DNA of 64,000 nt from Auanema rhodensis. Taxonomy: Eukaryota; Animalia; Nematoda. The stretch spans positions 24,180,001 to 24,244,000 of the forward strand of contig OZ059900.1 of NCBI GenBank assembly GCA_964057225.1, in the 5' to 3' direction. Shown here piece after piece: positions 15,001-25,980 of the stretch (position 1 is its first letter; every line of letters starts with the position of its first letter). Under the pieces are notes generated by a model. The model did no database searches. It was given only the letters and a program-made list of their open reading frames with translations, and was not told the origin of the DNA. Both the position numbers and the translations under genes were made by a program.

Positions 15001-18000
15001 GCAACGAATTTCAGCGTGTTACATACTAAAATGAAGCATTTTACATGCTGAACACTAGAAAAATACAAAAACACAGTATTTCCCATGAGAAATATTTTAT
15101 CATGCTGGAAAACCAGTTTTTGGAAATTTCGCTGTAAACAAGGTTTTGACTTACGATTTCATGTGTTCAAACTCATGCAATGTCAATGAAACCTAGCTCA
15201 AAATTGTTTGTACAACGTCTAGTTCCACTTTCACGACAAAAAAACAAGGGTTAGAAAATTAAGGAAATTAGCATATTCTGAGGGCACGCCCCTTATGGCT
15301 AATATTGATTAAATCGATTTTTGTTCATATGAGTCGTCAAATGCAACGAATTTCAGCGTGTTACAAACTAAAATGAAGCATTTTACATGCTGAACACTAG
15401 AAGAATACAAAAACACAGTATTTCCCATGAGAAATATTTTATTATGCTGGAAAACCAGTTTTTGGAAATTTCGCTGTAAACAAGGTTTTGACTTACGATT
15501 TCATGTGTTCAAACTCATGCAATGTCAATGAAACCTAGCTCAAAATTGTTCGTACAACGTCTAGTTCCACTTTCACGACAAAAAAACAGGGGTTAGAAAA
15601 TTAAGGAAATTAGCATATTCTGAGGGCACGCCCCTTATGGCTAATATTGATTAAATCGATTTTTGTTCATATGAGTCGTCAAATGCAACGAATTTCAGCG
15701 TGTTACATACTAAAATGAAGCATTTTACATGCTGAACACTAGAAAAATACAAAAACACAGTATTTCCCATGAGAAATATTTTATTATGCTGGAAAACCAG
15801 TTTTTGGAAATTTCGCTGTAAACAAGGTTTTGACTTACGATTTCATGTTTTCAAACTCATGCAATGTCAATGAAACCTAGCTCAAAATTGTTCGTACAAC
15901 GTCTAGTTCCACTTTCACGACAAAAAAACAGGGGTTAGAAAATTAAGGAAATTAGCATATTCTGAGGGCACGCCCCTTATGGCTAATATTGATTAAATCG
16001 ATTTTTGTTCATATGAGTCGTCAAATGCAACGAATTTCAGCGTGTTACATACTAAAATGGAGCATTTTACATGCTGAACACTAGAAAAATACAAAAACAC
16101 AGTATTTCCCATGAGAAATATTTTATTATGCTGGAAAAGCAGTTTTTGGAAATTTCGCTGTAAACAAGGTTTTGACTTACGATTTCATGTGTTCAAACTC
16201 ATGCAATGTCAATGAAACCTAGCTCAAAATTGTTCGTACAACGTCTAGTTCCACTTTCACGACAAAAAAACAGGGGTTAGAAAATTAAGGAAATTAGCAT
16301 ATTCTGAGGGCACGCCCCTTATGGCTAATATTGATTAAATCGATTTTTGTTCATATGATTCGTCAAATGCAACGAATTTTAGCGTGTTACATACTAAAAT
16401 GAAGCATTTTACATGCTGAACACTAGAAAAAAACAAAAACACAGTATTTCCCATGAGAAATATTTTATTATGCTGGAAAACCAGTTTTTGGAAATTTCGC
16501 TGTAAACAAGGTTTTGACTTACGATTTCATGTGTTCAAACTCATGCAATGTCAATGAAACCTAGCTCAAAATTGTTTGTACAACGTCTAGTTCCACTTTC
16601 ACGACAAAAAAACAAGGGTTAGAAAATTAAGGAAATTAGCATATTCTGAGGGCACGCCCCTTATGGCTAATATTGATTAAATCGATTTTTGTTCATATGA
16701 GTCGTCAAATGCAACGAATTTCAGCGTGTTACAAACTAAAATGAAGCATTTTACATGCTGAACACTAGAAGAATACAAAAACACAGTATTTCCCATGAGA
16801 AATATTTTATTATGCTGGAAAACCAGTTTTTGGAAATTTCGCTGTAAACAAGGTTTTGACTTACGATTTCATGTGTTCAAACTCATGTAATGTCAATGAA
16901 ACCTAGCTCAAAATTGTTCGTACAACGTCTAGTTCCACTTTCACGACAAAAAAACAGGGGTTAGAAAATTAAGGAAATTAGCATATTCTGAGGGCACGCC
17001 CCTTATGGCTAATATTGATTAAATCGATTTTTGTTCATATGAGTCGTCAAATGCAACGAATTTCAGCGTGTTACATACTAAAATGAAGCATTTTACATGC
17101 TGAACACTAGAAAAATACAAAAACACAGTATATCTCATGAGAAATATTTTATTATGCTGGAAAACCAGTTTTTGGAAATTTCGCTGTAAACAAGGTTTTG
17201 ACTTACGATTTCATGTGTTCAAACTCATGCAATGTCAATGAAACCTAGCTCAAAATTGTTTGTACAACGTCTAGTTCCACTTTCACGACAAAAAAACAGG
17301 GGTTAGAAAATTAAGGAAATTAGCATATTCTGAGGGCACGCCCCTTATGGCTAATATTGATTAAATCGATTTTTGTTCATATGAGTCGTCAAATGCAACG
17401 AATTTCAGCGTGTTACATACTAAAATGAAGCATTTTACATGCTGAACACTAGAAAAATACAAAAACACAGTATTTCCCATGAGAAATATTTTATTATGCT
17501 GGAAAACCAGTTTTTGGAAATTTCGCTGTAAACAAGGTTTTGACTTACGATTTCATGTGTTCAAACTCATGCAATGTCAATGAAACCTAGCTCAAAATTG
17601 TTCGTACAACGTCTAGTTCCACTTTCACGACAAAAAAACAGGGGTTAGAAAATTAAGGAAATTAGCATATTCTGAGGGCACGGCCCTTATGGCTAATATT
17701 GATTAAATCGATTTTTGTTCATATGAGTCGTCAAATGCAACGAATTTCAGCGTGTTACATACTAAAATGAAGCATTTTACATGCTGAACACTAGAAAAAT
17801 ACAAAAACACAGTATTTCTCATGAGAAATATTTTATTATGCTGGAAAACCAGTTTTTGGAAATTTCGCTGTAAACAAGGTTTTGACTTACGATTTCATGT
17901 TTTCAAACTCATGCAATGTCAATGAAACCTAGCTCAAAATTGTTTGTACAACGTCTAGTTCCACTTTCACGACAAAAAAACAGGGGTTAGAAAATTAAGG

Positions 18001-21000
18001 AAATTAGCATATTCTGAGGGCACGCCCCTTATGGCTAATATTGATTAAATCGATTTTTGTTCATATGAGTCGTCAAATGCAACGAATTTCAGCGTGTTAC
18101 ATACTAAAATGAAGCATTTTACATGCTGAACACTAGAAAAATACAAAAACACAGTATTTCCCATGAGAAATATTTTATTATGCTGGAAAACCAGTTTTTG
18201 GAAATTTCGCTGTAAACAAGGTTTTGACTTACGATTTCATGTGTTCAAACTCATGCAATGTCAATGAAACCTAGCTCAAAATTGTTCGTACAACGTCTAG
18301 TTCCACTTTCACGACAAAAAAACAGGGGTTAGAAAATTAAGGAAATTAGCATATTCTGAGGGCACGCCCCTTATGGCTAATATTGATTAAATCGATTTTT
18401 GTTCATATGAGTCGTCAAATGCAACGAATTTCAGCGTGTTACATACTAAAATGAAGCATTTTACATGCTGAACACTAGAAAAATACAAAAACACAGTATA
18501 TCTCATGAGAAATATTTTATTATGCTGGAAAACCAGTTTTTGGAAATTTCGCTGTAAACAAGGTTTTGACTTACGATTTCATGTGTTCAAACTCATGCAA
18601 TGTCAATGAAACCTAGCTCAAAATTGTTTGTACAACGTCTAGTTCCACTTTCACGACAAAAAAACAGGGGTTAGAAAATTAAGGAAATTAGCATATTCTG
18701 AGGGCACGCCCCTTATGGCTAATATTGATTAAATCGATTTTTGTTCATATGAGTCGTCAAATGCAACGAATTTCAGCGTGTTACATACTAAAATGAAGCA
18801 TTTTACATGCTGAACACTAGAAAAATACAAAAACACAGTATTTCCCATGAGAAATATTTTATTATGCTGGAAAACCAGTTTTTGGAAATTTCGCTGTAAA
18901 CAAGGTTTTGACTTACGATTTCATGTGTTCAAACTCATGCAATGTCAATGAAACCTAGCTCAAAATTGTTCGTACAACGTCTAGTTCCACTTTCACGACA
19001 AAAAAACAGGGGTTAGAAAATTAAGGAAATTAGCATATTCTGAGGGCACGGCCCTTATGGCTAATATTGATTAAATCGATTTTTGTTCATATGAGTCGTC
19101 AAATGCAACGAATTTCAGCGTGTTACATACTAAAATGAAGCATTTTACATGCTGAACACTAGAAAAATACAAAAACACAGTATTTCTCATGAGAAATATT
19201 TTATTATGCTGGAAAACCAGTTTTTGGAAATTTCGCTGTAAACAAGGTTTTGACTTACGATTTCATGTTTTCAAACTCATGCAATGTCAATGAAACCTAG
19301 CTCAAAATTGTTTGTACAACGTCTAGTTCCACTTTCACGACAAAAAAACAGGGGTTAGAAAATTAAGGAAATTAGCATATTCTGAGGGCACGCCCCTTAT
19401 GGCTAATATTGATTAAATCGATTTTTGTTCATATGAGTCGTCAAATGCAACGAATTTCAGCGTGTTACATACTAAAATGAAGCATTTTACATGCTGAACA
19501 CTAGAAAAATACAAAAACACAGTATTTCCCATGAGAAATATTTTATTATGCTGGAAAACCAGTTTTTGGAAATTTCGCTGTAAACAAGGTTTTGACTTAC
19601 GATTTCATGTGTTCAAACTCATGCAATGTCAATGAAACCTAGCTCAAAATTGTTCGTACAACGTCTAGTTCCACTTTCACGACAAAAAAACAGGGGTTAG
19701 AAAATTAAGGAAATTAGCATATTCTGAGGGCACGCCCCTTATGGCTAATATTGATTAAATCGATTTTTGTTCATATGAGTCGTCAAATGCAACGAATTTC
19801 AGCGTGTTACATACTAAAATGAAGCATTTTACATGCTGAACACTAGAAGAATACAAAAACACAGTATTTCCCATGAGAAATATTTTATTATGCTGGAAAA
19901 CCAGTTTTTGGAAATTTCGCTGTAAACAAGGTTTTGACTTACGATTTCATGTGTTCAAACTCATGCAATGTCAATGAAACCTAGCTCAAAATTGTTCGTA
20001 CAACGTCTAGTTCCACTTTCACGACAAAAAAACAGGGGTTAGAAAATTAAGGAAATTAGCATATTCTGAGGGCACGCCCCTTATGGCTAATATTGATTAA
20101 ATCGATTTTTGTTCATATGAGTCGTCAAATGCAACGAATTTCAGCGTGTTACATACTAAAATGAAGCATTTTACATGCTGAACACTAGAAAAATACAAAA
20201 ACACAGTATTTCCCATGAGAAATATTTTATTATGCTGGAAAACCAGTTTTTGGAAATTTCGCTGTAAACAAGGTTTTGACTTACGATTTCATGTGTTCAA
20301 ACTCATGCAATGTCAATGAAACCTAGCTCAAAATTGTTCGTACAACGTCTAGTTCCACTTTCACGACAAAAAAACAGGGGTTAGAAAATTAAGGAAATTA
20401 GCATATTCTGAGGGCACGCCCCTTATGGCTAATATTGATTAAATCGATTTTTGTTCATATGAGTCGTCAAATGCAACGAATTTCAGCGTGTTACATACTA
20501 AAATGAAGCATTTTACATGCTGAACACTAGAAAAAAACAAAAACACAGTATTTCCCATGAGAAATATTTTATTATGCTGGAAAACCAGTTTTTGGAAATT
20601 TCGCTGTAAACAAGGTTTTGACTTACGATTTCATGTGTTCAAACTCATGCAATGTCAATGAAACCTAGCTCAAAATTGTTTGTACAACGTCTAGTTCCAC
20701 TTTCACGACAAAAAAACAGGGGTTAGAAAATTAAGGAAATTAGCATATTCTGAGGGCACGCCCCTTATGGCTAATATTGATTAAATCGATTTTTGTTCAT
20801 ATGAGTCGTCAAATGCAACGAATTTCAGCGTGTTACATACTAAAATGAAGCATTTTACATGCTGAACACTAGAAAAATACAAAAACACAGTATTTCCCAT
20901 GAGAAATATTTTATTATGCTGGAAAAGCAGTTTTTGGAAATTTCGCTGTAAACAAGGTTTTGACTTACGATTTCATGTGTTCAAACTCATGCAATGTCAA

Positions 21001-22098
21001 TGAAACCTAGCTCAAAATTGTTCGTACAACGTCTAGTTCCACTTTCACGACAAAAAAACAGGGGTTAGAAAATTAAGGAAATTAGCATATTCTGAGGGCA
21101 CGCCCCTTATGGCTAATATTGATTAAATCGATTTTTGTTCATATGAGTCGTCAAATGCAACGAATTTCAGCGTGTTACATACTAAAATGAAGCATTTTAC
21201 ATGCTGAACACTAGAAAAATACAAAAACACAGTATTTCTCATGAGAAATATTTTATTATGCTGGAAAACCAGTTTTTGGAAATTTCGCTGTAAACAAGGT
21301 TTTGACTTACGATTTCATGTGTTCAAACTCATGCAATGTCAATGAAACCTAGCTCAAAATTGTTTGTACAACGTCTAGTTCCACTTTCACGACAAAAAAA
21401 CAGGGGGTAGAAAATTAAGGAAATTAGCATATTCTGAGGGCACGCCCCTTATGGCTAATATTGATTAAATCGATTTTTGTTCATATGAGTCGTCAAATGC
21501 AACGAATTTCAGCGTGTTACATACTAAAATGAAGCATTTTACATGCTGAACACTAGAAAAATACAAAAACACAGTATTTCCCATGAGAAATATTTTATCA
21601 TGCTGGAAAACCAGTTTTTGGAAATTTCGCTGTAAACAAGGTTTTGACTTACGATTTCATGTGTTCAAACTCATGCAATGTCAATGAAACCTAGCTCAAA
21701 ATTGTTTGTACAACGTCTAGTTCCACTTTCACGACAAAAAAACAGGGGTTAGAAAATTAAGGAAATTAGCATATTCTGAGGGCACGCCCCTTATGGCTAA
21801 TATTGATTAAATCGATTTTTGTTCATATGAGTCGTCAAATGCAACGAATTTCAGCGTGTTACATACTAAAATGAAGCATTTTACATGCTGAACACTAGAA
21901 AAATACAAAAACACAGTATTTCCCATGAGAAATATTTTATCATGCTGGAAAACCAGTTTTTGGAAATTTCGCTGTAAACAAGGTTTTGACTTACGATTTC
22001 ATGTGTTCAAACTCATGCAATGTCAATGAAACCTAGCTCAAAATTGTTCGCACAACGTCTAGTTCCACTTTCACGACAAAAAAACAGGGGTTAGAAAA
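1..22098 (+). repeat. Forward domain 1 (64.6 monomers, exact 342-bp register)
   Basis: Register is unbroken to 21889. Diagnostic variants are T53C, A141T, C161T, G199A and T318A. The domain ends at monomer position 210. Confidence 0.97.
17101..19836 (+). repeat. Tandem duplication of a 4-monomer (1,368-bp) unit
   Basis: The rare variants TATCTC (17101/18469 monomers), CGGCCC (17443/18811) and ATGTTTTC (17785/19153) recur at a 1,368-bp offset. Confidence 0.9.
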
Positions 22099-22108
22099 AA
22101 AGAAAAAA
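22099..22108. other. 10-nt A-rich filler (AAAGAAAAAA) at a forward-to-reverse junction; second copy at 24487-24496
   Basis: The junction reads GGGGTTAGAAAA|AAAGAAAAAA|AGCTAGGTTTC. The filler is in neither flanking monomer context. Confidence 0.93.
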
Positions 22109-23271
22109 AGCTAGGTTTCATTGACATTGCATGAGTTTGAACACATGAAATCGTAAGTCAAAACCTTGTTTACAGCGAAATTTCAAAAAACTGGTTTTCC
22201 AGCATAATAAAATATTTCTCATAGGAAATACTGTGTTTTTGTATTTTTCTAGTGTTCAGCATGTGAAATGCTTCATTTTAGTATGTAACACGCTGAAATT
22301 CGTTGCATTTGACGACTCATATGAACAAAAATCGATTTAATCAATATTAGCCATAAGGGGCGTGCCCTCAGAATATGCTAATTTCCTTAATTTTCTAACC
22401 CCTGTTTTGTTGTCGTGAAAGTGGAACTAGACGTTGTAGGAACAATTTTGAGCTAGGTTTCATTGACATTGCATGAGTTTGAACACATGAAATCGTAAGT
22501 CAAAACCTTGTTTACAGCGAAATTTCCAAAAACTGGTTTTCCAGCATAATAAAATATTTCTCATGGGAAATACTGTGTTTTTGTATTTTTCTAGTGTTCA
22601 GCATGTAAAATGCTTCATTTTAGTATGTAACACGCTGAAATTCGTTGCATTTGACGACTCATATGAACAAAAATCGATTTAATCAATATTAGCCATAAGG
22701 GGCGTGCCCTCAGAATATGCTAATTTCCTTAATTTTCTAACCCCTGTTTTTTGTCGTGAAAGTGGAACTAGACGTTGTAGGAACAATTTTGAGCTAGGTT
22801 TCATTGACATTGCATGAGTTTGAACACATGAAATCGTAAGTCAAAACCTTGTTTACAGCGAAATTTCCAAAAACTGGTTTTCCAGCATAATAAAATATTT
22901 CTCATGGGAAATACTGTGTTTTTGTATTTTTCTAGTGTTCAGCATGTAAAATGCTTCATTTTAGTATGTAACACGCTGAAATTCGTTGCATTTGACGACT
23001 CATATGAACAAAAATCGATTTAATCAATATTAGCCATAAGGGGCGTGCCCTCAGAATATGCTAATTTCCTTAATTTTCTAACCCCTGTTTTTTTGTCGTG
23101 AAAGTGGAACTAGACGTTGTACGAACGATTTTGAGCTAGGTTTCATTGACATTGCATGAGTTTGAACACATGAAATCGTAAGTCAAAACCTTGTTTACAG
23201 CGAAATTTCCAAAAACTGGTTTTCCAGCATAATAAAATATTTCTCATGGGAAATACTGTGTTTTTGTATTT
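22109..23271 (-). repeat. Inverted satellite block 1 (1,163 bp, about 3.4 monomers)
   Basis: Reverse complement of the monomer from position 150 down to position 13 (150+342+341+330 bp). Confidence 0.97.
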
Positions 23272-23308
23272 CAGCGTGTTACATACTAAAATGAAGCATT
23301 TTACATGC

Positions 23309-23592
23309 TGAACACTAGAAAAATACAAAAACACAGTATTTCCCATGAGAAATATTTTATTATGCTGGAAAACCAGTTTTTGGAAATTTGAAACCTAGCT
23401 CAAAATTGTTCCTACAACGTCTAGTTCCACTTTAACGACAACAATACAGGGGTTAGAAAATTAAGGAAATTAGCATATTCTGAGGGCACGCCCCTTATGG
23501 CTAATATTGATTAAATCGATTTTTGTTCATATGAGTCGTCAAATGCAACGAATTTCAGCGTGTTACATACTAAAATGAAGCATTTCACATGC
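23309..23592 (+). repeat. Truncated 284-bp monomer (58-bp deletion of positions 82-139); second copy at 25697-25980
   Basis: TGGAAATTT joins GAAACCTAG at 23389/23390, and the next monomer starts at 23593. Confidence 0.95.
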
Positions 23593-24496
23593 TGAACACT
23601 AGAAAAATACAAAAACACAGTATTTCTCATGAGAAATATTTTATTATGCTGGAAAACCAGTTTTTGGAAATTTCGCTGTAAACAAGGTTTTGACTTACGA
23701 TTTCATGTGTTCAAACTCATGCAATGTCAATGAAACCTAGCTCAAAATTGTTTGTACAACGTCTAGTTCCACTTTCACGACAAAAAAACAGGGGGTAGAA
23801 AATTAAGGAAATTAGCATATTCTGAGGGCACGCCCCTTATGGCTAATATTGATTAAATCGATTTTTGTTCATATGAGTCGTCAAATGCAACGAATTTCAG
23901 CGTGTTACATACTAAAATGAAGCATTTTACATGCTGAACACTAGAAAAATACAAAAACACAGTATTTCCCATGAGAAATATTTTATCATGCTGGAAAACC
24001 AGTTTTTGGAAATTTCGCTGTAAACAAGGTTTTGACTTACGATTTCATGTGTTCAAACTCATGCAATGTCAATGAAACCTAGCTCAAAATTGTTTGTACA
24101 ACGTCTAGTTCCACTTTCACGACAAAAAAACAGGGGTTAGAAAATTAAGGAAATTAGCATATTCTGAGGGCACGCCCCTTATGGCTAATATTGATTAAAT
24201 CGATTTTTGTTCATATGAGTCGTCAAATGCAACGAATTTCAGCGTGTTACATACTAAAATGAAGCATTTTACATGCTGAACACTAGAAAAATACAAAAAC
24301 ACAGTATTTCCCATGAGAAATATTTTATCATGCTGGAAAACCAGTTTTTGGAAATTTCGCTGTAAACAAGGTTTTGACTTACGATTTCATGTGTTCAAAC
24401 TCATGCAATGTCAATGAAACCTAGCTCAAAATTGTTCGCACAACGTCTAGTTCCACTTTCACGACAAAAAAACAGGGGTTAGAAAAAAAGAAAAAA

Positions 24497-25659
24497 AGCT
24501 AGGTTTCATTGACATTGCATGAGTTTGAACACATGAAATCGTAAGTCAAAACCTTGTTTACAGCGAAATTTCAAAAAACTGGTTTTCCAGCATAATAAAA
24601 TATTTCTCATAGGAAATACTGTGTTTTTGTATTTTTCTAGTGTTCAGCATGTGAAATGCTTCATTTTAGTATGTAACACGCTGAAATTCGTTGCATTTGA
24701 CGACTCATATGAACAAAAATCGATTTAATCAATATTAGCCATAAGGGGCGTGCCCTCAGAATATGCTAATTTCCTTAATTTTCTAACCCCTGTTTTGTTG
24801 TCGTGAAAGTGGAACTAGACGTTGTAGGAACAATTTTGAGCTAGGTTTCATTGACATTGCATGAGTTTGAACACATGAAATCGTAAGTCAAAACCTTGTT
24901 TACAGCGAAATTTCCAAAAACTGGTTTTCCAGCATAATAAAATATTTCTCATGGGAAATACTGTGTTTTTGTATTTTTCTAGTGTTCAGCATGTAAAATG
25001 CTTCATTTTAGTATGTAACACGCTGAAATTCGTTGCATTTGACGACTCATATGAACAAAAATCGATTTAATCAATATTAGCCATAAGGGGCGTGCCCTCA
25101 GAATATGCTAATTTCCTTAATTTTCTAACCCCTGTTTTTTGTCGTGAAAGTGGAACTAGACGTTGTAGGAACAATTTTGAGCTAGGTTTCATTGACATTG
25201 CATGAGTTTGAACACATGAAATCGTAAGTCAAAACCTTGTTTACAGCGAAATTTCCAAAAACTGGTTTTCCAGCATAATAAAATATTTCTCATGGGAAAT
25301 ACTGTGTTTTTGTATTTTTCTAGTGTTCAGCATGTAAAATGCTTCATTTTAGTATGTAACACGCTGAAATTAGTTGCATTTGACGACTCATATGAACAAA
25401 AATCGATTTAATCAATATTAGCCATAAGGGGCGTGCCCTCAGAATATGCTAATTTCCTTAATTTTCTAACCCCTGTTTTTTTGTCGTGAAAGTGGAACTA
25501 GACGTTGTACGAACAATTTTGAGCTAGGTTTCATTGACATTGCATGAGTTTGAACACATGAAATCGTAAGTCAAAACCTTGTTTACAGCGAAATTTCCAA
25601 AAACTGGTTTTCCAGCATAATAAAATATTTCTCATGGGAAATACTGTGTTTTTGTATTT
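24497..25659 (-). repeat. Inverted satellite block 2 (duplicate of block 1)
   Basis: Same junctions and variants as 22109-23271, with differences seen at 23127/25515 and 22984/25372. Confidence 0.97.
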
Positions 25660-25980
25660 CAGCGTGTTACATACTAAAATGAAGCATTTTACATGCTGAA
25701 CACTAGAAAAATACAAAAACACAGTATTTCCCATGAGAAATATTTTATTATGCTGGAAAACCAGTTTTTGGAAATTTGAAACCTAGCTCAAAATTGTTCC
25801 TACAACGTCTAGTTCCACTTTAACGACAACAATACAGGGGTTAGAAAATTAAGGAAATTAGCATATTCTGAGGGCACGCCCCTTATGGCTAATATTGATT
25901 AAATCGATTTTTGTTCATATGAGTCGTCAAATGCAACGAATTTCAGCGTGTTACATACTAAAATGAAGCATTTCACATGC

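Larger units (their letters stand above)
21205..25980. repeat. Tandem duplication of a 2,388-bp composite unit containing an inversion (about 21205-23592 and 23593-25980)
   Basis: All three junctions and the private GGGGGTAG variant recur at exactly +2,388. Outer boundaries can only be placed within about 40 bp. Confidence 0.95.

Noticed and set aside
22099-22108. Retrotransposon poly(A) tail or transposon footprint
   Set aside because: It is only 10 nt, with no element body and no target-site duplication. Repair filler explains it better.
23143-23346. 67-aa minus-strand ORF
   Set aside because: It is made entirely of satellite sequence fused across the 23268 inversion junction, with no recognisable domain.
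25531-25734. Identical 67-aa ORF
   Set aside because: It is the same junction artefact copied by the 2,388-bp duplication.
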